Of a DNA stretch of 32,000 nucleotides, positions 9,682 through 16,796 are shown in pieces (the first letter of the stretch is position 1; every line of letters starts with the position of its first letter). The notes beneath the pieces were generated by a model. That model ran no database searches and was not told the DNA's origin. It was given only the letters and a program-made list of their open reading frames with translations. The translations under genes and the position numbers were made by a program. Source of the stretch: Marinomonas mediterranea MMB-1 (GTDB lineage Bacteria; Pseudomonadota; Gammaproteobacteria; Pseudomonadales; Marinomonadaceae); contig NC_015276.1 in NCBI RefSeq assembly GCF_000192865.1, positions 1,994,364 through 2,026,363 of the forward strand, given 5' to 3'.

Positions 9682-10806
9682 ATGAGCAAAGCACTTATTA
9701 ACCCTGCCAATATTATTTGGGCGCGCGTGCGTGCGGGTATGTCTGTGTCTCAACTCGCAGATGCCTTAGGTGTTAAGGAGGAAAAAGTAATAGCTTGGGA
9801 AAATGGTGAAAATGCGCCATCTATGGCACAAGCCAGAAATATTGCAGATAAAACCTTAATTTCTTTCGGTTTACTTTTTGCCAAGCAGCCGCCAGCCGAC
9901 GATCTACCAATACCAGATTTACGAACTATTGATGGAAGAGAGCTACAAAAACCTAGCGCTTCTTTGATAGCAATAATCCGAAAAGTGTTAGAGCGCCAAG
10001 AGTGGTATAAGGAATATCGTAAAGATAACCTTAAGCTTGAGAATTCCTTTATAACTCAATTTACTATGGATAGTGATACGTCTTCGGTCGTTGCTGATAT
10101 GCGCAACAGGCTTTCATTGCCAGCGAAACGTTCAGGTAGATGGGATGATTATGAAAGAGTTGTGCGCCAACACATTGAGAAGTTGGGCATAATGGTAATG
10201 AGAGAACGAGACCTTGGTGGGAAAAGTAAACCGCTATTAGTTCAAGAATTTCGAGGTTTTGCTATCTGTGATGACGTTGCCCCAGTTATTTTTATTAACA
10301 GTGCAGATGCGCAAACGGCGCAACTTTTCACCATGCTTCATGAGTTGGCTCACATTTGGATCGGTCAGAGCGGCCTTTCAGATGTTAGTCCAAGCAACCA
10401 TCGTAAAGAAGAAGCCAAATGCAACGCAATTGCCGCTGAGTTTCTAGTACCAGAAGATGAATTCCTTCAAGTCTGGATTGAGAAAGATTGGCGACTACAT
10501 GTTAGTGCAATTGCTAAGCATTTCCATGTGAGTCGATGGGTTATTGTCAGAAGGGCGTTAACGCTAGGGTTGATTACGGAAGCTCAATATTACTCAATGA
10601 TCGAAAGCTACAAGAAAGATCATGAGCGTAACTCCAATGGTGGGCCATCTTACTATACGACCAAAATTTCTCGGCTTGGAAAGAGTTTTGCTAGTGCAGT
10701 TGTATCCGAAGCACTAAGCGGACGTATGTTACTGCGCGATGCAGGGCATTTATTAGGCACCAAGCCTTTAAACGTAAAAAATTTAGCCAAGGAACTAGGT
10801 ATTTAA
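9682..10806 (+). CDS. Fused XRE-type HTH / ImmA-IrrE family zinc metallopeptidase
   Basis: The N-terminal HTH is MSVSQLADALGVKEEKVIAWENGE. An HEXXH motif occurs in MLHELAHIW. I prefer the start at MSKALINP (9682) over the track start at 9610. Confidence 0.8.
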   Translation: MSKALINPANIIWARVRAGMSVSQLADALGVKEEKVIAWENGENAPSMAQARNIADKTLISFGLLFAKQPPADDLPIPDLRTIDGRELQKPSASLIAIIRKVLERQEWYKEYRKDNLKLENSFITQFTMDSDTSSVVADMRNRLSLPAKRSGRWDDYERVVRQHIEKLGIMVMRERDLGGKSKPLLVQEFRGFAICDDVAPVIFINSADAQTAQLFTMLHELAHIWIGQSGLSDVSPSNHRKEEAKCNAIAAEFLVPEDEFLQVWIEKDWRLHVSAIAKHFHVSRWVIVRRALTLGLITEAQYYSMIESYKKDHERNSNGGPSYYTTKISRLGKSFASAVVSEALSGRMLLRDAGHLLGTKPLNVKNLAKELGI

Positions 10807-11354
10807 TGCTGTACTTACTAGATGCGAATATTTACATTCAGGCACAAGGGTCTTATTACGATATGGATTTTTGTCCTGGATTTTGGGCATTCTTAGACAA
10901 GTCGTACAAAAGTGGCCAAATAACGTCAATTAAGCAAGTTCAAAAAGAGCTGAAACAACCGAAGCCAGCGAAAGCCAGAGCTGGTGAAACTCAAAAGCAA
11001 GAGGACAAACTTAGTCTTTGGGTTAAAGAACGCGATGAGCATTTCATTGATGATGAGGACGACTTAACACAAAATTGCTTTGTAGAAGTTGTGGAATATT
11101 TAATGGATCAACCGCACTTAAATGAGGCTAATAGAGACAGCTTCTTGGATGGCGCTGACCCTTGGATAATTTCTAAAGCAATGTCAATAAAGGAATTGGG
11201 TGGGGAAGTTGCTGTAGTCACTCACGAAAAGCTAGTTGCTGAAAACTCAACCAAAGTAAAAGTACCTAATGTATGTAAACATTTTGGTATTGAGGTAATT
11301 GACTGTTTTACCTTACTTCGTACGCTTGAAGCAAGGTTTAGCCTTAGCGCTTAA
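10806..11354 (+). CDS. DUF4411-like (PIN-like fold) protein, putative nuclease/toxin partner of the upstream gene
   Basis: MLYLLDANIYIQAQ..YYDMDFCPGFWAFL.., GADPWIISKA, VVTHEK and KVKVPNVCKHFGIEV match my recollection of DUF4411. Its start overlaps the upstream stop by 1 bp (TAATG), consistent with translational coupling. Confidence 0.65.
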   Translation: MLYLLDANIYIQAQGSYYDMDFCPGFWAFLDKSYKSGQITSIKQVQKELKQPKPAKARAGETQKQEDKLSLWVKERDEHFIDDEDDLTQNCFVEVVEYLMDQPHLNEANRDSFLDGADPWIISKAMSIKELGGEVAVVTHEKLVAENSTKVKVPNVCKHFGIEVIDCFTLLRTLEARFSLSA

Positions 11355-12001
11355 AGTTTCACTTTTGCTTCTTTTACAACACCGACTATACGGCAATTCC
11401 CGTTGATTTCAAAAGGGCGGTAGTTCGGGTTAAGTGGCTTTAGATACTTCTGCCCAGCATCAATATATAACTTTTTAAAAGTTACCTCATCTGTGCCGTC
11501 AAGTTTCGCCACAACAAGGCTTCCGTTGTCAGCCGGAATATCAGGATCGACTAGAATTAAATGTCCCTCTGGAATGCTAGTTCCAACGGGTGATGTCATG
11601 CTGTCGCCCACGACTTTTAGCCAAAAAGCGTTATCACTTGCAGAGAATGGGCTTTCTTCCCACTCAATATCGTCTGCCAATGAGCGATAATCAATAGCTT
11701 CGCTCCATGCACCAGCTTGAACATGGCTTACAACAGGCAGCTTTTTACTAGGAGCTTTAAACGGCGCTGCTTCAACATTGCTCTCGGCTTCACCTGAACT
11801 GACTCCCTCAATACCAAATTGCAACCACTCAGGCGTGCATTCAAGGGCTTTCGCAAGTGCTAATAGCTTTCTTGGATTGCTTGTCCGAGCATCTTCAATT
11901 TTCTGCAATGACTGTTGGCTTATTCCAACTTTATTAGCCAACTCTGTTTGAGTTAGTCCTAAGTGTATTCGTTGGGTTTTAACTCTTTCTGCGATGTTCA
12001 T
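11351..12001 (-). CDS. cI: CI-type prophage repressor (XRE HTH + S24 LexA-like autopeptidase)
   Basis: HTH is LTQTELANKVGISQQSLQKIE. There is a VQAGAW putative Ala-Gly cleavage region, a GDSM serine and an FKKL lysine. It is divergent from a cro-like gene. Confidence 0.9.
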   Translation of the reverse strand: MNIAERVKTQRIHLGLTQTELANKVGISQQSLQKIEDARTSNPRKLLALAKALECTPEWLQFGIEGVSSGEAESNVEAAPFKAPSKKLPVVSHVQAGAWSEAIDYRSLADDIEWEESPFSASDNAFWLKVVGDSMTSPVGTSIPEGHLILVDPDIPADNGSLVVAKLDGTDEVTFKKLYIDAGQKYLKPLNPNYRPFEINGNCRIVGVVKEAKVKL

Positions 12002-12030
12002 TTTTAGTTTTTCAGTCTAGTTAACTTCTT

Positions 12031-12093
12031 GTTGTGATGATTACAACTTTACGTGTATTTGACAAACACATATAAGTTGTATTTAAATACAAC
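12031..12093. promoter_or_regulatory. Immunity-region operators and back-to-back divergent promoters
   Basis: There are two GTTGT-N7/8-ACAAC palindromes: GTTGTGATGATTACAAC (12031-12047) and perfect GTTGTATTTAAATACAAC (12076-12093). A rightward TTGACA lies at 12059-12064. The leftward TTGTCA -35 overlaps it on the other strand. Each operator overlaps a putative -10. Confidence 0.5.
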
Positions 12094-12114
12094 AAAAATA
12101 TGTAGGGATGGAAT

Positions 12115-12327
12115 ATGACCGCAATACAAAAAGCTATAGAGACCGTTGGAGGTCAAACCGCATTGGCTGAAAATTTAGGAGTAAAGCAGGCACATGTTTG
12201 GAACTGGTTATGGCGGAACAAACGTGCGCCAGCCAAATATATTCGCCAGATCTCCAAAGCAACGAATGGCTCAGTGTCGGAATCGGACTTGTTACGCGAT
12301 CACGAACAGCAAGCCATTAAAGACTAA
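12115..12327 (+). CDS. cro: Cro/YdaS-like small HTH regulator
   Basis: 70 aa, with GGQTALAENLGVKQAHVWNWL. Positioned divergent from cI. Confidence 0.75.
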   Translation: MTAIQKAIETVGGQTALAENLGVKQAHVWNWLWRNKRAPAKYIRQISKATNGSVSESDLLRDHEQQAIKD

Positions 12328-12374
12328 CTAACTTTACCGTATTCAGCCACGTTTCATTAATCAAGGAGAAAACA

Positions 12375-12815
12375 ATGGACCATATTGATCAGGCCATTTA
12401 TGACACGGTTCACGATTCTGATATGCCGCCGAAGGAAATTGCACGACGTTTGGGGTCGAATTATCAAGTGATGATTAACAAAGCCAACCCACAAAACGAA
12501 ACGCACCGACTCACACTACGCGAATCCGTCGCGATTCAGTTGCTTACAGGTAATCACGCCATCTACCGAGCGATGGGGCTAGAGCTGTCGATCAAAGCAG
12601 AGGAGAGCAAAAGTTTAAGCATTCTCGAATGTGTGCTCAACGCGGGCAAAGAACACGGTGATGTGCTTTCGACGATACAAAAAGCGCTTGCCGACGGCCG
12701 TTTGACTCTTCGTGAACAAGAGCAGTGTCAGCGCGAAATCACAGAAGCGATAGAAGCTTTGATGGCTCTACGTAAAGCCGTGCTACAGCACGGAATTGAT
12801 CAACTCAAGGGGTGA
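12375..12815 (+). CDS. Phage regulatory protein CII-like (CP76-type)
   Basis: Positioned after cro. The pattern ..INKANPQNETHRLTLRESVAI..LTG.. and a C-terminal helical region resemble the CP76-type CII family as I recall it. Confidence 0.55.
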   Translation: MDHIDQAIYDTVHDSDMPPKEIARRLGSNYQVMINKANPQNETHRLTLRESVAIQLLTGNHAIYRAMGLELSIKAEESKSLSILECVLNAGKEHGDVLSTIQKALADGRLTLREQEQCQREITEAIEALMALRKAVLQHGIDQLKG

Positions 12816-12818
12816 GTT

Positions 12819-13508
12819 ATGTCGAATCGTCGGTATGAAGAAAAAATTCGTAAGTTGCTCGCTCTTTCACAAAGCGATAATCCACATGAAGCGGAAATCG
12901 CTAAACGTCAAGCCATGGCGTTGATGAAGAAGCATAAGATGGATGAAGGGGATCTTTCTATCTTAGAAATGAAATCACGAACGATCCGTAGAAAGTCGCT
13001 AAAAGAGTTTGAGTGCTACCTGATTAAAGCGATCACTCAAATTTCCGGTACATATTGCACGATCGAAAAGACTGTCGATGTCAAATCTAATCGTTATCAA
13101 TGGCTTTCAAGCGTTGTATTTATTGGATTTGATACGCACGCTCAACTTGCCAGCTATTCGTTTGATGTGCTTTACACTCAGTTAGAGCGTGAAAGAAAAA
13201 ACTTCAAAAAGAAGTATAACGCCAATGCAATGCTACAAGACCAGTTTTGTTTGGGTTGGGCGTACTCGGCATGTGAGAAGTTGATCAATGTCTTTGGTAA
13301 AAAGAACGTACCAGAGGACGTAACGAAACACCGTACTAAAGTCTCCAAAGATCATAAACCGGTTAAGTTTAAAAGCATTCAACTAGACGATTCGAAAGAT
13401 GGACTTACCTGCGGAGCGCTTGGGTTCAAAGCAGGACAGAGCGCGAAGCTTAACAATGCGACGACAAGCCAACGCGCCACACAACTTCGTATTGGTGGAC
13501 TTTCATGA
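12819..13508 (+). CDS. DUF2786-like phage protein
   Basis: The N-terminus EEKIRKLLALSQSDNPHEAEIAKRQAMALMKKH is the typical DUF2786 signature. Confidence 0.6.
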   Translation: MSNRRYEEKIRKLLALSQSDNPHEAEIAKRQAMALMKKHKMDEGDLSILEMKSRTIRRKSLKEFECYLIKAITQISGTYCTIEKTVDVKSNRYQWLSSVVFIGFDTHAQLASYSFDVLYTQLERERKNFKKKYNANAMLQDQFCLGWAYSACEKLINVFGKKNVPEDVTKHRTKVSKDHKPVKFKSIQLDDSKDGLTCGALGFKAGQSAKLNNATTSQRATQLRIGGLS

Positions 13509-14443
13509 CAATTACAAAGGCAGTCGCCGATATTGGGCGTTTAGGTTTTACTGGTAATGTGACGCCTAAAGTGTGGTACAAACAAATCTTAACACCTTCT
13601 GGTAAGCCTGACTTTAAAGCGGTTGCGTTGCTGTCAGAGATTGTTTATTGGTATCGCCCAAGAGAGCTGAGAGACGAGCATACAGGTGCGGTAACAGGTT
13701 ATCAGAGGCGATTCAGCGATGACATGTTACACCGCTCTTACGCTTCGTTTTCTGAAGACTTTGGGATGACAAAGCGTGAAGCACAAGAAGCCATTAAAAG
13801 GTTGCGTGATGCTGGCTTGATTCGTTGTGAGTTGCGTAACAAACAAGTCAATGGAACTCAGCTATCCAATGTTTTATATATCGAACCTGTTGCTCAAAAA
13901 ATAGAAGAGATCACTTTTCCTAAAGCGGTTGAGACCGCCGATGTGACCCCTATCACAAATATTTGTGATACCCCCCAACACGACGATGTGACCCCTATCG
14001 CAAATAATTGTGATACCCCCCACAAAAATTTGGGACACCCCCCACAAATAATTGGGACACCTCCCACAAAAAAACGGGGGACGTATACAGAGATTAACTC
14101 AGAGATTAACTCAGAGACTACACATGAGATTGGTTTGCCCGTTCCGGCAAACCCCAAGCCGAAATCAAAACGCGCCTCGAACGTTCCCGATCAGTTCATC
14201 GTCGATCAGCGAATGCTCGACTGGCTCGTTCAAAACCAAATCACGACCGACTGGCAAAACGAAACCAAGAAATTTATGGATTACCACCAAGCGAACGGCT
14301 CGACGAAAAAAGATTGGGTCGCCGCGTGGCGGCTGTGGATGCGTAACTCCATGAAATTCTCCCAGCAGCGACCGACACCGCCCGCCACAGCGCGGGATCA
14401 AGTTCAGAACAGTCTGTCGAACATTCACGACACAAACTGGTAA
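13505..14443 (+). CDS. Replication initiation / replisome organiser protein (lambda O-like role)
   Basis: There is an N-terminal winged-helix-like region (MTKREAQEAIKRLRDAGLI). An iteron array is embedded mid-gene. It follows the cII/DUF2786 genes with an ATGA overlap. Confidence 0.7.
   Translation: MTITKAVADIGRLGFTGNVTPKVWYKQILTPSGKPDFKAVALLSEIVYWYRPRELRDEHTGAVTGYQRRFSDDMLHRSYASFSEDFGMTKREAQEAIKRLRDAGLIRCELRNKQVNGTQLSNVLYIEPVAQKIEEITFPKAVETADVTPITNICDTPQHDDVTPIANNCDTPHKNLGHPPQIIGTPPTKKRGTYTEINSEINSETTHEIGLPVPANPKPKSKRASNVPDQFIVDQRMLDWLVQNQITTDWQNETKKFMDYHQANGSTKKDWVAAWRLWMRNSMKFSQQRPTPPATARDQVQNSLSNIHDTNW
13940..14120 (+). repeat. Putative phage replication origin: four 22-bp iterons plus 12-bp direct repeats inside the replication gene
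   Basis: Iterons of form ACAAAWAWTTGKGAYACCYCCC occur at 13955-13976, 14000-14021, 14022-14043 and 14044-14065. The first two lie within 37-bp repeats starting GATGTGACCCCTATC at 13940 and 13985. CAGAGATTAACT appears twice (14088-14111) plus a partial third copy. Confidence 0.6.
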
Positions 14444-14452
14444 GGAGCGAAC

Positions 14453-14800
14453 ATGAGAGATTTATTCAACGAGTTTCCAGACACCGAAGCAGCCTACCTT
14501 GAAGTTGCGAACAATGCCCACGACCTAGCGCGCTGGAAACCAAGCCACGAGGTTTTGTACGAAGCGGGGCGCAGAGTTGGGTTCTCCAAAATTCGGCGAC
14601 GTGACACCGGAGCGGGGAAACGGGCGTTTGGCAAAATATACAAAGAAGTTTGCAAAGCCCATATGCGAGGAGAGCGCTTCCCTCGCTCCGTGATAGAACC
14701 GCAAAACACAGGCGAAAAACTCACTGCACGAGAAGTGCACGCCCGTCGTCAGATTGGCCGTGAACGAATTGGAGATATACGAGCGATATTAGAAGGATAA
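14453..14800 (+). CDS. Hypothetical phage protein (115 aa)
   Basis: The ORF has an AAGGAG SD upstream (14442-14447) and sits in the early operon. No domain recognised. Confidence 0.5.
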   Translation: MRDLFNEFPDTEAAYLEVANNAHDLARWKPSHEVLYEAGRRVGFSKIRRRDTGAGKRAFGKIYKEVCKAHMRGERFPRSVIEPQNTGEKLTAREVHARRQIGRERIGDIRAILEG

Positions 14801-14802
14801 CG

Positions 14803-14997
14803 ATGGAACACAAACCCCGAATCAGAGTAAAGCAACTAACACACGCCGTATCGCAACAGGATGTCGATACAACTTGGAAAGCGTTAATGAGCAAGGCACA
14901 CGAGGATGTTGTAAAAGCAAAGCTTCAATATCAGTGCCTAGCCGTCGCCCAACAATACGGATATAACCCATGCGTTGGAAAGACAAAGACAAACTAA
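14803..14997 (+). CDS. Hypothetical phage protein (64 aa)
   Basis: The ORF follows 2 bp after the previous stop. No domain recognised. Confidence 0.4.
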   Translation: MEHKPRIRVKQLTHAVSQQDVDTTWKALMSKAHEDVVKAKLQYQCLAVAQQYGYNPCVGKTKTN

Positions 14998-15497
14998 ACA
15001 CACTCGGTTCGCTCTCATGGCGGATCATAAACGACCACGTAACGTACCTCATATCGAGCACAGCCGACGCAGGATGGAAAGGGGTCGGCAACACAGGGCG
15101 CATTTGTGAATCCTTGATGTTTGGCGTTTCCCCGACCTTTAGTGGTGGCGGTGACAGCAACGCCGCAATGATCCGCCATATAAAAGCCCTGTCAGTAAAA
15201 GACAAAGGGTTCAGTTGGCTCTTTCGTGACCTGTCACGCATGCAAAAGCTTTGCTTATTTGCCGCAGTACTTGCAGAAGGGCGACGAACAATAAAAGGAC
15301 GACCGCTCTCAAACGCCCGTATAGCAGCAACCCTGCCCACCTTCGCCGCAGAACTCAGGCTAGGCCCAGCGCATACCGTGCCGTCTGAAAAGACGTTCGC
15401 GAACAACGTCTCAGAAGGTAGAAAGCGCTTTTTGGCAACGTTAGAAGAAGAGTTGCAATCAAGACTCTCAGAGGACGAGCTGAAAGCGATTGCATGA
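14970..15497 (+). CDS. Hypothetical protein (175 aa) coupled to the second recombinase gene
   Basis: The ORF ends in an ATGA overlap with the gene at 15494. The start is uncertain because it overlaps the previous ORF by 28 nt. A longer antisense ORF exists but is rejected. Confidence 0.45.
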   Translation: MRWKDKDKLNTLGSLSWRIINDHVTYLISSTADAGWKGVGNTGRICESLMFGVSPTFSGGGDSNAAMIRHIKALSVKDKGFSWLFRDLSRMQKLCLFAAVLAEGRRTIKGRPLSNARIAATLPTFAAELRLGPAHTVPSEKTFANNVSEGRKRFLATLEEELQSRLSEDELKAIA

Positions 15498-16660
15498 CCA
15501 AAGCTGTAACGAAGAAAATAACCGACGCATCGATTCGAGCGGCGTTTAAAAAAGAGGTGCGATACCTCTACGACTCCCGCCGAGTCGAATTCCACATCAA
15601 TGCCGCCCGCACGGGTGGCACCTTTTACGATGTCGTATACAAAGGGAAAAAGCGCCAACGTACCAAGCTTGCCAAATGGCCAGCGATCACCGCCGCGAGT
15701 TTGTTTCAAGAGTTACCCGCGATCCGTGCCAATGCGTTGGCCGATCGTAAAGCGCGCCTTGCCGTCTCTACGTATCATACAGCGGGAGAAGTGCTCATGT
15801 GGTTTATGCAACATATCGATGCCGACAAAACGTACTCCGTCTCATACGTTTCTACCGCGTCGAGCTACATTGGCAATCACTTGCTTGCTAAGCTCTCAGA
15901 GGCGACCCTAAGCGAGTTAAACAAAACACGCTTATACAGAACGCTCTACATGCCTATGCAGGCCGATTACGCGCTTTCAACGATAAAAGGTGTAATAAGT
16001 GTATTAAAAACCGCATTCGCCCGCGCATACGAACTAGGGTTGATTGCCAGAAACCCGATTGCAGACATCACCTTTAGCAGCTTCACCACCACACAGCCCG
16101 AAGCCAAGCCCGGCAAACTGAAACCTCACGACTTAAAGGCATTGATAAAAGCCATAAACGGCCAGCCGACACAAAAGCGCGTGTTCTTCATGACGCAACT
16201 GCTCCACGCAACCCGAATAGGGGAGACATCGCTCGCAGAGTGGAAGCAATTTTCCAACGCGCCATTGGAATGGAGCATTCCCGAAGAAAACACCAAGAAC
16301 AACACCGAGCACCGGCTCCCGATCACCCAACACGCTTACGACCTCATACACACACTGCCAAAGCGCGGCGACTATATCTTCTCTTCCAACGGCGACAAAC
16401 CCTATGCCATACGCACTTTAGAGCGTTGGTATCAAAGCCTAAGCGACGAAGTCGGCATCAAATTCACTAGCCACGACATACGCAAACTCGCCCGTGACTG
16501 CTGGCAAGACATGGGCATCGACTGGGTAATAGGGGAAATGCTACTCAACCACGAACGGGATGGGTTGGATAAACGGTACATGCACGCCCATTCCAGAGAA
16601 CAGATGAAAAGGGCGTTGGGAGAGTGGGGGGATGTATTTTGTGTATGTAGTGTTATTTAA
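15494..16660 (+). CDS. Second tyrosine recombinase, P4-like integrase family
   Basis: It has an N-terminal arm-binding-like region, an ATRIGE arginine, and SHDIRKLARD..LNHERDGLDKRYMH (HxxR..H..Y). The family differs from the dusA-adjacent integrase. Confidence 0.8.
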   Translation: MTKAVTKKITDASIRAAFKKEVRYLYDSRRVEFHINAARTGGTFYDVVYKGKKRQRTKLAKWPAITAASLFQELPAIRANALADRKARLAVSTYHTAGEVLMWFMQHIDADKTYSVSYVSTASSYIGNHLLAKLSEATLSELNKTRLYRTLYMPMQADYALSTIKGVISVLKTAFARAYELGLIARNPIADITFSSFTTTQPEAKPGKLKPHDLKALIKAINGQPTQKRVFFMTQLLHATRIGETSLAEWKQFSNAPLEWSIPEENTKNNTEHRLPITQHAYDLIHTLPKRGDYIFSSNGDKPYAIRTLERWYQSLSDEVGIKFTSHDIRKLARDCWQDMGIDWVIGEMLLNHERDGLDKRYMHAHSREQMKRALGEWGDVFCVCSVI

Positions 16661-16682
16661 TGTAATGACTTCTCTTTTGGGT

Positions 16683-16711
16683 TTGACAATCTAAAACAAT
16701 GAGCCAATATT
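16683..16711 (+). promoter_or_regulatory. Candidate sigma-70 promoter for the AT-rich island operon
   Basis: TTGACA (16683-16688), a 17-nt spacer, then AATATT (16706-16711). Located about 90 nt upstream of the first ATG of the 456-aa ORF. Confidence 0.35.
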
Positions 16712-16796
16712 AAACTAACAAAATGCATGGAAACAGACGTATTCTAACATTGTAGTGAGAGATATTGAATTTTGAGGTTCATTTATTCTTTTGGGG

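Noticed and set aside
13894-14428. Several 87-100-aa ORFs on both strands across the iteron region and 3' half of the replication gene
   Set aside because: They are generated by the repetitive, GC-biased sequence. All overlap the longer replication ORF, which has operon context (ATGA coupling) and an N-terminal DNA-binding-like domain.
14822-15709. 295-aa minus-strand ORF, the longest ORF in this stretch
   Set aside because: It lies antisense to three co-directional plus-strand ORFs and overlaps about 215 nt of the recombinase gene, which has clear catalytic motifs. Its product is an R/S/A-rich, low-information sequence typical of a shadow ORF in GC-richer DNA. It has no SD or operon context.
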